Positions 52,785 through 64,000 of a DNA stretch of 64,000 nucleotides are shown in pieces. The translations under genes and the position numbers were made by a program. Below the pieces are notes generated by a model. The model worked only from the letters and a program-made list of their open reading frames with translations. It was not told where the DNA came from and did no database searches. Within the stretch, counting starts at the first letter, position 1, and every line of letters starts with the position of its first letter. Source of the DNA: Schmidtea polychroa (Eukaryota); contig CM097885.1 of the NCBI GenBank assembly GCA_044892525.1, positions 26,102,001-26,166,000 of the forward strand, written 5' to 3'.

Positions 52785-54497
52785 ATTGTTCACTGCTTGA
52801 TGTTGTAACTGGTAGTGTAGCAAATATTTTAAGTAATTTTCGAACAGTTGGGAAAATTGAATCGTCGTATGCTAAAAATGCATTATGAGCATTTTTTGGT
52901 GTATTCGAAGAATTTAAAACATGGCGCCACCATAGCTTCAGCTCACCAATGCTACAGTTTGTAATACTATTATATTTTTCTAAAAGGATTTTTGCAGAAT
53001 TTTCATGCTCTGATGAAAAGTTTTGTTCATTTGGCAAAAGACACATAAAACTTTGCAATATATTTTTATGTTTCAGAAACCGATCGTGAATTTGCATCTT
53101 TGTAGAATCCACAAAAGGAATGAAGATGGCAATACCATAATACTCTTCAGGATTTTCAACTACAATATTGCAGCGATGAACTTGTCTTCCGGTTAGACGA
53201 GGAATTCGTCACATCTTTTCTTGACGTCACTGAAAATGGTATTATATTGCTTTTCTATTTCGCTTCGTGTTTCATCTAGCACCTCTTCAACATTTTCTGC
53301 CAGTCCAATTGCAGCGGCCAGATCAAGATTTATTGGTTGTAGTAACCGACTTAGCGGTAGGATTATAGCAAAAACCTTGGCAAGAACATGAAGCGATACT
53401 TGAAATTCTGTACTCCTAATAACAGATAGAAGCTGAATTGCAGAAGAAGTTGTTTTTGTCATCCCATTCAGAAATAATTTCCATTGCAGAAATTGCAGCT
53501 TTTTGAAGCTCCATAAATACTAGGACGGACTCGTGGCGTTGAATCCATCGTGTGGGACATATTTGTTTTATTCGCGTTGCTGTTGATTCAGATTCCATTT
53601 GGTCTATACAATTTTTTAGCACGGCTTGGCGCTTGGGGTGTTAAAAAAAACTTCCGAGTGATCCTATACAATTTCGTATAAATGAAATTTCACAAGCATC
53701 AGAAATAGCGAGGTTTAAACTATGAGATGCACAGTGTACATATAAAGCTAGCTTATTTCCATCACTAACATAATTTTGTGCCCCATGAAATCGTCCACTC
53801 ATTGCTGAAGCTCCATCATAACCCTGTCCAATCATGAATTTTGAATCTATTTCTAGATTACGAATAGTCTGCATTAAAACCTTTGCAAGACCCTTACCAG
53901 TCACATCAGTAACAAGTACAAACTGTAAAAAATCTTCTCTGATGTTATTCGAATCAGAATCTACACAACGAAAGCATAATGAAAATTGTTCAATTGTTCA
54001 AATTGACCAAAGGAACAGGAGCAACCTGATCAGCTGTTCTTTCTAAATCACTTGTTTTAGATTTTTTAACAAAATAATTTGTTAAAGTAGAATTTTTTAA
54101 TTTTATTTTCTCGTTATTCATCTTCACAAAATATTATTTAGAATTAACAAATTTTAAAATTAACATTAAACAAAAATTAGACTTTCTCAACAGAAAACAA
54201 ATTTTAAAATGAACAGTAAGAACAGTAAGACTTTCAAGTTCAAGAGAAAACAAGAAACAAAGTAAATTGAACAAAGCAACACTACTCGTGTGAATTTTTT
54301 TTAAAAAATTTCGCCGAATTTTTTTTAAAAAAACGTTTGAAAATTTAAAAAAGCGGCTGTTTGGGTCCTGCAATTATTATTATTAGTAATAGAAGGTACA
54401 TTTATATATTTATTAATTATTGTTTTTTATATTGTTGTTGGAATCATGGGAGAGTTTAAACCCTCAGTACCCCCCCCCCCCCCTGCGTACGCGCATG
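52785..54497 (-). mobile_element. hAT remnant (ZMYM1-like transposase) with intact 5' terminus
   Basis: MIGQGYDGASAMSG; LYVHCASHSLNL; CPTRWIQRHESV; LLKIFATLPVTTSSSEQS. Terminus catgcgcgtacgcagggg at 54497. Confidence 0.9.
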
Positions 54498-54499
54498 TC

Positions 54500-54615
54500 T
54501 CCAAATATTCCAAATTATACAAATGATGTTCCAAATATTGCACCAAATTATTCAAATGCTGTTCCAAATATTCCAAATTATTCGAATGCTGTTCCAAATA
54601 TTGCACCAAATTGTA
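54500..54615. repeat. Minisatellite (~30-33 bp units, ccaaatatt/ccaaatt core)
   Basis: Repeated gctgttccaaatatt(g/c)caccaaattatt units. Confidence 0.8.
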
Positions 54616-55047
54616 ATGTTATTTTAAATTTAATTGTTATCTTAAATTTATTGTTATTTAAATTTAATTAGTAGTTTAATTATTTTTATTAAATTTCTAA
54701 CATTTAATAACTTGTATATTTTAATTATTTAAAAATATAATAAGAAAAAGTTAATAGTTTTTAAAATAATCAGTTTATTCGTTTAGATTCGGTATTATGT
54801 AAACTTTTTATTTTAACAATTACATAAGGGTCATATATCTGACATAAGGTTCAAACTATTCTACATAAAGTGAAGATTTTTTAACCTTTTGTAAAAACTT
54901 CATAATTTAATAATTATGTAATAATTTATTTATCTTATTAATTAATAATTTATAATATATATTTTTTAAATAGGTTTAATTTACCCGAATTATTGTAATT
55001 CATCTTCAAATCACAATAATGAATGTCATCATATAATGACTAGATAT

Positions 55048-58000
55048 TAACACCATAAATTTAATGGCGTTGATATCTTTATATGCCCGATATGTGAAAC
55101 TTACCATAACCAACCCTATTCTGATTTCTTTCTTCAACATAAGGATCATCTTAGCAATTTTAAAATTACTAAAAAAGAGCTCTTTGAGTCCATTTATAAA
55201 GCTAATGATTTTAAAATTAATAAAAGAAAGGCTGATATTGGTATAACTTACGGAGTGACAAAATTATTAAAACCTGAGATTATTATAATTAGTGATGACG
55301 ACGATGATATTCAAATAGGTGGTTCTGTTAATATAGGTAATGAACCAATTGTAGAATCAGATTTAAGAGGAACTCGTAGGGTATTAAAATTTGATATTGA
55401 CGAATTTAATGTTAATCAAATTACTTTAACTGATAGGATAGTTACAAGACTTTTATCTGAAATAAATAAAATGGGTAGTGTAAAAGTTCAATTTGTAGTT
55501 AAAATTCAGTTTGAAAAAGATGAGTTTTTATCGAATAATGCTGATGTTTTCTCTGATAATTTTCTTGTTGAAGGAATTAGGAAATTAAATGAAAAAATTG
55601 AAAGATTTAGTGAATTAGGAAGTGGTTGGACTATAATTAAAATTAGGGAAATTGGTCATGGATTTATTAAAACTCCTCTTAAACTTAAAGGAAAGAGAGC
55701 AATTATTAATATTAAGAACAGTGACGATCTTTGTTTCATATATAGTATCTTAGCTTTATTGAAACATGACAACCTTACAAGTAATCGTAGTAATATGTAT
55801 AGTTACACTAACTTTCTTGGTGAATTAAATTATGAAGAGATAGATGATTACCCTATGAGACTGTGCAATATTCGTAGGTTTGAGGAAAAGAATCCAGATC
55901 TTGCCATTAATGTATTGTCTTATAATGATTGTCTTAATAATGATGATGATAATGAAAATGATGATTTTGTTCCTCTTCATCCTCATTTGGATATCATTCA
56001 TCGTACTGAAGTGACTGGTGTTGATCCATTATATCTTTTACTCCTCGAAAATGATGGCCAATATCATTATACTGCTGTTATTAATTTACAACGCTTAATG
56101 AATTCCCATACTGATGATATAGTTAGTGTAAGAATTCAATCTCAATGGTGTCCTAGATGTCTTAATGGTTTTCCTTCACAGGAAGCTTTTGACAGTCATT
56201 ATGCATTATGTATTAAAAATCAGGTAGGAACGACTTTATACACTCTTCTTCAAAATAAATATTTAGAATTTGATGATTTCTCGAAAACAGTAACACCACC
56301 ATTTGTAATTTACGCTGACATTGAGTCAATTTTACCCAGTGACATAAGATATCACCAAAAGCATCTACCAATATCAGCTGGACTATTATTAGTTAATAAT
56401 TTTAATAATACTAAATCCTATCATAGTTTTATTGGTTCAAATTGTGTCTTTGAATTTTTGAGTAAGATTGAGGAAATTGCTGACACAATAATCCTACCGT
56501 ATTTTGACATTCATGGTAATACTCCAATGTCTACTTTATCGTTTAATGAAGAACGAAATTTTAGGACTTGCTTGAATTGTTATCTTTGCAAGAAACCTAT
56601 TAGAAATCGAACGAGAGATCACGATCACTTTTCTGGTCGTTATCTCGGTGCAGCCTGTCGTTTCTGTAATCTTTCTAGGAGAATTCGTAAACATTTACCC
56701 GTTATCTTTCATAACTTGTGGGGGTACGACCTTCATCACATTTTGAAATATGGTCTTAGTAGTTTTCCTTCTTGGGATTTAAATATAATTCCAACTACCA
56801 CGGAAAGATTTATATCATTGATAGCACATATTAATAAATTATCAGTTAGGTTTATTGATAGTTATCAATTCATTAGCGCATCATTAGATAATGCAGTAAA
56901 AACTCTTTCGAACTTTCCTCTGACTGAATCTGTATTCACTGGTTCAATAATGGATTGTAAAGGTATTTTTCCTTTTAATTTAAAACCTCTGATGATACAA
57001 AATTGTTATATTGTTATATTGATATTAACAATCTGTATGGTTGGGCTCTTAGCCAAAGTCTTCCTTTCGGTGATTTTAGTTCGGTAATTAATAATCTTGA
57101 ATCGGTTTTGGATGTGTATGATTACAAATATTGAAATGCTTCCATATGGTTACACTATGGAAGTTGATATCGATATTCCTGAAAGTATACATGAGTTTTT
57201 GGATAATTTCCCAGTGGCACCTGAAAAGATGTGTCCACCGGATTCGAAAGTTGAGAAGTTGATGCTCACGCATTATCCGAAGTAGAACTATGTTCTTCAT
57301 TGGAGACTTCTCAAAATGTTTGTTTCTCTTGGTGTTAAGATTGTTAAGATACATAGAGCTATAAGGTTTAAGCAGGCAATGATCTTTAAAGAGTACATCG
57401 ATACAAACACTTCTCTGAGAGCTGATTCAACCAATAATCTAGATAAGAACTACTTTAAGCTTTTAAATAATAGTCTTTATGGAAAATCAGTGGAAAATCT
57501 TAAAAAACGGATGAATTTGAGATTATGTAATTCTGCTGAAAAATTGATTACATATTCTTCAAAGCTGTCTTTTAGAAAGTGTATCAAAATTGATGACAAT
57601 CTGATTGCAGCACATCTGAATAAAGATTTGATTTGTTTAGATAGACCTAGTTATATAGGTCAAACAGTTCTAGATCTATCGAAACTAAGGATGTATCAGC
57701 TTCAGTATCTTGAATTAGCTAAATATCGAAATCAATTCAATTGTAAGATTGACATTGTTGCTGGTGACACTGACTCTTTCTTCCTTGAAATTATACTTCT
57801 ACCTGCAATGATTTCAGATAATCTTTTGGATACTTCAAATTATGACTCTAACCATCCATTGTATTCAAGAAATCTTGACTCAGTAATAGGTAAATTCAAA
57901 GATGAGAGTAAGGGACTTGGATATAAAGAATGGGTTTTCTTGAGACCAAAATGCTATAGTCTTTTAGGTGAAACTGAAAGTAATAAAGCAAAAGGAATTA

Positions 58001-58326
58001 CTTTGAAAGGAACAGAAATAAAACATCTTTCTTATCTTGACTGTTATGAGAACAATAAAATCTTTTCTGTTCCTCAAACTCGAATAGTAACTCGAAATAA
58101 TAAGTTGTTTACGTTTAAGAATTGTAAAATTGCGTTAGGTAACATCGATGATAAACGGCACTGGGTTGGTAAAAATAAAAGTTTTGCATACGGGTATAAT
58201 TTAGATGTCAACCAAGATGATGTAAACCAAGATGATGTCAACTATGAAGATGATCCAGAATTGATCGAGATTTTATTTAAAATAAATTTTTGTATTTTGA
58301 AAACTGTCTTTTTATTATTTAATTAA
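55048..58326 (+). pseudogene. Polinton/adintovirus-type protein-primed DNA polymerase B
   Basis: PFVIYADIES; RDHDHFSGRYLGAAC; FHNLWGYD; RFIDSYQF; KGIFP; YIDINNLYGWALSQSLP (shifted frame ~57015); KLLNNSLYGK; VAGDTDS; GKFKDE; KAKGI; DDKR. Frameshifts, stops and an apparent internal deletion after KGIFP. Confidence 0.93.
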
Positions 58327-58392
58327 ATTAATTTAAAAATTATTGCTCTGGTTTGAGAATAAAAAAGTATTTTATAAGTAATCGTGCTTTGC

Positions 58393-58436
<44 letters not shown>

Positions 58437-58757
58437 TTGTGGGATTGGTGGCTAAGTCAAGTCAATTATCAGCAGCCAATCACATCATCAGCAACGCCAA
58501 TGATTAGGGGGACACGGTCGCATCAGCCAATAAAATCAACTTGGTGTCCGAGAAGAGCATCCCAACAAATATTGATCTGGAATCCAATTGCAGCTCTCCG
58601 AAATCAATTTGACAAAGGAAACGATTACGGAGATTTCTTGGAGATGAACTTTCAAGACCGGGAGGTAAATAGTCGTTTAATATATCGGCACTCTGTAAAA
58701 AGATATATTAATTGGGTGATGTGAATCGGCACGCACTATTGCTGATTTCCAAACAAT

Positions 58758-59434
58758 TTGGTGAAAATAGCAGCTGTGAAGAAAAAAGTGCTAGGATGCT
58801 GCCTTGTTGGCCAAATATACGCAATTGTTATGACTGATAAATATAATCGCTATTTCATGGCCAATGGCAGTGGCATGGAAGCTTATATTGAATCAATTCA
58901 TGGGAGTCCAGTAGCAATCGCATATTCATCAAGCTATTTAGTAAGCCCACCGGGACCAAGGGATAATCTCATCCGAGTTGTCATGGTGACTGATGAAGGC
59001 AACAACCTAGTCTGGCGAATTGATATATTCAACAAAGTGGGTAGAAAAGGAAAACTGGAAGGCGATTGTTGCCACGACAGCTTGGCATCCAATGCCCGTA
59101 TTGACATTAAAATGGATTGGGTAAAATTATTAATTGTTACGGTTATCTATTAAACTCCACCCGATTCAGATTCTCTGATTCAGACGCCTTGTTCACAGTC
59201 GATTCAAAGCAGTTGATGCGAAGGCTTCATTTAGAAATTACCGAAACTGGCAAAATACGTTCCCAGCCACGATGGATGCAAGTGCTCAATCTGAGAACGG
59301 TGTTGCCCAAGGATACTCGTTATATCGATCGATATTTTCCTGTTGGTGTTTCGGACCGTGCTGCGTGTTTGCTGTCCACTGTCGGGATTCCCGTTATCCA
59401 ACTGTCTTTCTTGGCAATCGTTCTCTTCTATTGA
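58758..59434 (+). pseudogene. Unidentified GC-richer coding remnant between polB and capsid fragment
   Basis: Two overlapping ORFs (131 and 105 aa) with natural amino acid composition; no motif recognised. Confidence 0.35.
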
Positions 59435-60282
59435 TTTCCGGATACCGCTCTGTGGCGCCCCGAAATCCGAGCTCACCAAACTCGAGGTAATTATAATATG
59501 ATATATAATTGACAGCCATTGGAACTCATAAATCACAATTCAGAACGGATTTATTGTCGACCAATTGCTCGCTGATTGGACCGACACTGACAGTTTCAGC
59601 TCAATGCAGCTCACAGAGAGGCATATGCTATTGAAATTGTTCGCGGTAAGTTTTTTTATTTCTTTAATATCTTATTACATCGTTATTTGTCATATGTTAA
59701 TAATCATTATATTATTATTATTATTATGATAATTATTAATATTTTATAATAATTCTCATGGCCATTCGCTGATGTAATACAGAATTCATCAAGCAATTAT
59801 GTAGACCTAATAATAATGGTTATTGTTATTATTATTAATAATAATATTATTAATATTATTATTTGATTAAATATTAGTATTTTTATTTAAATTTATTATT
59901 ATTTTGAAAAATATTTTTATTATTTTTGTCATAAAGACAGTCACATGAAAAATAATATGGCATGTGTAGACGCAATGTGATTGGTCAAGAGAGTAAAATA
60001 TTCAGTTTATATATGTGTGTGTCTAAATTCTGATTGGCTGGGACAGGAAATTTTCATTTCTTTATAAACATTCACAAATTCCAAATTTGTCACTTTTAAA
60101 AAATATTTATTTAGAAATTTGCAAAAAAATGAATAACCAAAATAATATTTTAAGAGCAATGTTGGCTGGAGAAAACCGTAAATTATTTTTTCTTTTATTT
60201 ATTATTTTATTCACATTTAGCTAATTTATGGTACGAAGTTACCGAAGCAGAAAATAATATGTAAGATTCGCAAATTCAAAAA

Positions 60283-60612
60283 ATGACAAACAATGAAAGT
60301 ATCTCTAACCCTATGAATGCTCGGCTACCACAACACAGTGATCACTGTGGTAGCATTCAAGATAAAACTATAAATAAAGAAGACAACTCAAGTTATTTAT
60401 CGAGAATAGAAGAAATGTTTATGAAAATTGAAGATAAATTTAATTTCTTAAATAGAGAAATTAACTTAAATCAGAGTCAATTACCCCAAAATGGAAATTT
60501 ACGACTGAATATAAAGTTTGCAAAAGCCATTACTGAACCGGTACATGTTATAATATATGGAGTATTTGAAAATGAAGTTCAAATTACTGAAAATGGAACT
60601 GTGTTGATATAA
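60283..60612 (+). pseudogene. Polinton major capsid protein C-terminal remnant
   Basis: GNLRLNIKFAKAITEPVHVIIYGVFENEVQITENGTV matches the G.lrl.lkFa.......vivy..f.n.i.I C-terminal pattern of Polinton double jelly-roll capsids. Confidence 0.7.
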
Positions 60613-61154
60613 ATGTATATTGAAATATAGAAAGTTGTTATGGAGTAAGTTGTTTTTTATACTGTTTAATTTATTAAAGTAGTTCTGTTCAGGTCAATAA
60701 AATCGGAAAACAGATATTGGGAAATGGATTTATAGTTGGTGTAAGAAATTTATTTTATTTTTGTATATTATTTTTAAAACATTTAGAGTTTAATGTGGAC
60801 TTAGATGACGAATCCAATAATGATTTTTTAAGTACGGGAAATGCTCTCACTTGTATTGAGGAGGTACCAAAGGAGAAATCAATTATGGAAAATGCCCTCA
60901 GTTCTAATGAGAATGATAATGTCCTCTCTAAGGATGATTCTGATTCCGACATGGAATCACAATGTAAGCATTTATTTATATATATATTTTTTTTAAATTT
61001 AAAAATTTTCTTAATCACTTTTTTAACATTTGCATAAAACTTTTAAAAATTTTTATGTTATTATGTTATTGAAATTATGAATATAATGAAGAAAATGATG
61101 ATGAAATTATGATGAAAATGAAGAAAATTATGAAAATGTTATGATGAAATTATT

Positions 61155-61800
61155 ATGACGAAAATGAAGAAAATTTTAATTAATGGAATCACCAGATTAA
61201 ATAATAAAATTTACATATTTAGGAAGCGGATGGGGGGGGTAGGTAAAATCAAAGAGATAGATTTTATCCTAACTAAATATACTCACATGAATAGGCTAGC
61301 TGGTCATAGTTATATCCCCACACCATCAGCATTAATTTCAAAAAGAGCTATTGTAAACGTCAAAAACAACGACGATATGTGCTTTATATATAGCATCTTA
61401 CATATAAATAGAAATCGTGTTAGAACATATGAAAATTATTTAGGTGAACTGAATTTTGACCCTATAAGTGATTATCCCATGAAATTATGTGATATCCCCA
61501 AATTCGAGAAGAAATTTGGCAATTAATGTTTTAACATATAGGAAAAAACCAGCTAAGCCTATAGAAAACGATGATAGCTTCTATATTCCCCATCATCCTC
61601 ATTTAGATATTATTCACCTCTCTAAAGTTACAGGCGGTGAACCCATTTACTTATAGAAAACGATGATAGCAACTATATTCCCCATCATCCTCATTTAGAT
61701 ATTCACCGCTCTAAAGTTATAGGTGGTGAACCCATTTACTTATTGTTATTAGAAGATGGTACCGAATTTCACTATACCGCAGTTTTTGATTTGCAAAAAT
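61155..61800 (+). pseudogene. Second, diverged pPolB N-terminal fragment
   Basis: SKRAIVNVKNNDDMCFIYSIL...YLGELNF...DYPMKLCDIPKFEKK...HPHLDIIH...LLLLEDG..FHYTAV parallels 55.7-56.1 kb; internal ~80-bp duplication. Confidence 0.85.
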
Positions 61801-61820
61801 TGTTGGAGTTTTGTTTTAAG

Positions 61821-61913
61821 TTTATATATTTATTAATTATAGTTTTTTATATTGTTGTTGGAATCATGTGGGGGTTCAACCCTCAGTAACCCCCTCCCCT
61901 GCGTACGCGCATG
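61821..61913 (-). mobile_element. Isolated hAT terminus, copy of 54401-54497
   Basis: tttatatatttattaattat...ggaatcatg...ccctcagta...cctgcgtacgcgcatg repeated in the same orientation. Confidence 0.8.
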
Positions 61914-62566
61914 CTACTAATAGGTATTTATAATAATAATAATAACATATATATATAAGCATATACATACATTCATATATAATAATGGGATTTTAAAAAT
62001 AGGTATTTTAAGTAATTATTAGGATAGTGCAATTAATTAGACAAATTTACACTACAAAATGTTTAAAGTTAATAATTTTATTAATTAGTTTAGTTATATT
62101 AATACACATACACATATATATTTCAAGATTTTTTCAAAATTAAAATATTGTTACGTAACAGGGAGTTGGAAATTTGTGATATGGGGGAGGGGGTTATGAA
62201 AACTCGATTCTTTGCGTTACGTAATAACTATTCTGTTTTTATCATTCAATTTATTTAATTTTAGCGTTAGTATAAAATTTAATTTATTTTATTTATTATA
62301 TTGAATTTATTTGTAAAGGCTGACAGCTAGAGGTTTCAAAATTCCAATTAAATTTATTTATTTTTCTTAATTAATTGTATTCTTTATAAACCGTTTCTGG
62401 AGACTCCCATTTATTTTATATCATCCTATATTCGTATTTGTCTCAGTAATTACCATCCGCCCATTCCTGTTTCACTCGAAATATGTCAATTTTTGACAAC
62501 CTAAACATATCAAATATATCAATTACAAATCTTGTTAGGTAATTTTTAAATGAGAGTTTTGTTTAT

Positions 62567-62648
62567 GGTGACAGGTCACTTAATCCCCAGTCACTTAATC
62601 CCCGTCACTTAATCCCCGTAAATTAATCCCCGAGTCACTTAATCCCCT
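62567..62648 (+). repeat. MULE left terminus with tandem cacttaatcccc repeats
   Basis: ggtgacagg followed by five (c/a)acttaatcccc-type units, ~100 bp upstream of the transposase ATG. Confidence 0.7.
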
Positions 62649-62747
62649 TTATAAATTCGAATATTTTACGAATATTTTTGTAATATTATTACCGTTATTG
62701 AAATATTATTGAAAATATTATTTTGAAATATTATTACCGTTAGAAAA

Positions 62748-64000
62748 ATGCATCTAGAGTTCATAATAAGTAGTAAAGGAAGATCTATGCTAGTTCATGA
62801 GGGATATGAATTCTGGCTCAAGAAGAAGGCGCTAAACGGAAACATGAATTGGAGATGTACCAAGCATCAATCGCTAAAGTGTCCGGTAACATTAGTGACA
62901 GACAGCGGTAAAATAATCAAGCAGTTATCTACTCACAATCATGAATGTAACAGAGAGAAGGCGATGGCAAAGAATGCGGTGGGAAAAATGAAGCAGAAGA
63001 TGACTGAAGCAACAACAACGGCAAGGGCTTGTCAAGCTGCGGTAAACGTCGATTTACCTCCATCTGTTCAAATGGCTCTACCAAGTAAAAGTATTATAAA
63101 CAGGACTCTGAATCGACATCGTGACAGACTCAGAAACCAAGATGTGGGGGGAGCTCTACCACCTCTTCCTGTTGATGCAATGTTTGAAGTACCAGCATTA
63201 TACAAGGAGTTCCTATTACACCACTCCATGGAAACAAGCAACGATAGTCGCTTTCTAGTTTTCGGTGACAGGCAATTGCTAGACTGGCTCGGAAGCAGCA
63301 AATGTTGGTTCGCCGACGGCACTTTCAAAGTTGTCCCCAGTTTATTCTATCAACTCTACACAATCCATTTCCAATTTGCGCAAGGAGTGATTCCACTGGT
63401 GCTTTACTACCTGCTTCAGGATAAATCAAGTGCAACCTATAATAGATTGTTGAATGTTGTCAGAGAACTAATACCTAATGCAGCTCCAGATATTATATTA
63501 ACAGACTTTGAGAAAGCTGCAATGACCGCTTTTCAAGAGAATTTTCCGTCATGTAGAGTAACGGGATGTTATTTTCACTTAAGTCAAGCGGTATTACGCA
63601 AAGTCGCCGAATTGGGTATGAGAAGTGATTATGACGAAAACGACGAGTTACGTGGAATGGTCAGATGCCTCCCAGCATTGGCCTATGTTCGTGAAGAAGA
63701 CATTGTTGATTCTTTTGAATTGCTTGCAGAGTCAATGCCGCAGCATGATCGCATGCCAGAACTGCTAGCATACTTCGAGCAAACGTATGTACGTGGTCGC
63801 AGACTGCGCGGTAGAGGAGATAACTATGCTTCAGCGTTATTTCCTCCAGAAACTTGGAATAAATACCTGGATGTCATCGGCGGTGTTGCACGAACAAACA
63901 ATGCTGTGGAGGGTTGGCATCACGCCCTACAGTCTCTCTTCTCGTGTCATCATCCAACAATGTGGACATTCCTCGATGGTCTACGTAAGGATTGTCAGCT
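62748..64000 (+). CDS. MULE/Mutator transposase with N-terminal FLYWCH zinc finger (3' truncated by the window edge)
   Basis: Open from ATG 62748 to the edge: LVHEGYEF...WRC....KC...HNH; WFADGTFKVVP..FYQLYTIH; LTDFEKAA; GCYFHLSQAV; RTNNAVEGWH. Confidence 0.93.
   Translation, partial: MHLEFIISSKGRSMLVHEGYEFWLKKKALNGNMNWRCTKHQSLKCPVTLVTDSGKIIKQLSTHNHECNREKAMAKNAVGKMKQKMTEATTTARACQAAVNVDLPPSVQMALPSKSIINRTLNRHRDRLRNQDVGGALPPLPVDAMFEVPALYKEFLLHHSMETSNDSRFLVFGDRQLLDWLGSSKCWFADGTFKVVPSLFYQLYTIHFQFAQGVIPLVLYYLLQDKSSATYNRLLNVVRELIPNAAPDIILTDFEKAAMTAFQENFPSCRVTGCYFHLSQAVLRKVAELGMRSDYDENDELRGMVRCLPALAYVREEDIVDSFELLAESMPQHDRMPELLAYFEQTYVRGRRLRGRGDNYASALFPPETWNKYLDVIGGVARTNNAVEGWHHALQSLFSCHHPTMWTFLDGLRKDCQ

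Overview
AT-rich eukaryotic (animal) repeat-dominated window with five assembly gaps (N runs at 17674-17932, 21665-21811, 22888-23088, 25856-26021, 29305-29461). I found no intact ordinary host gene. It is a nest of mobile DNA: hAT elements (one near-intact transposase, three TSD-bounded MITEs, several remnants), Merlin, pogo, Tc1-like and MULE elements (one apparently intact MULE ORF runs off the right edge), Penelope-like fragments with hammerhead ribozymes, Gypsy LTR and integrase remnants, and Polinton/Maverick material (pPolB pseudogene, capsid C-terminus, and a ~7.9 kb non-autonomous element with very long repeat-built TIRs around a RING gene). Most interesting: (1) two diverged, oppositely oriented copies of a ~4 kb unit that starts TGTTGGGCT and carries three orphan ORFs conserved at protein level; (2) a decayed Gag(CCHC)-UBL-UBL-Bcl-2-like polyprotein, a second spliced Bcl-2-like remnant, and an IAP-type RING gene, all in mobile-element context; (3) a 72-bp inverted pair of outward-facing hammerhead-bearing Penelope ends enclosing the first cassette. 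The element mix resembles a triclad flatworm genome, but that is inference only. All protein family calls come from motif recognition by eye, with no database searches, and remnant boundaries are approximate.
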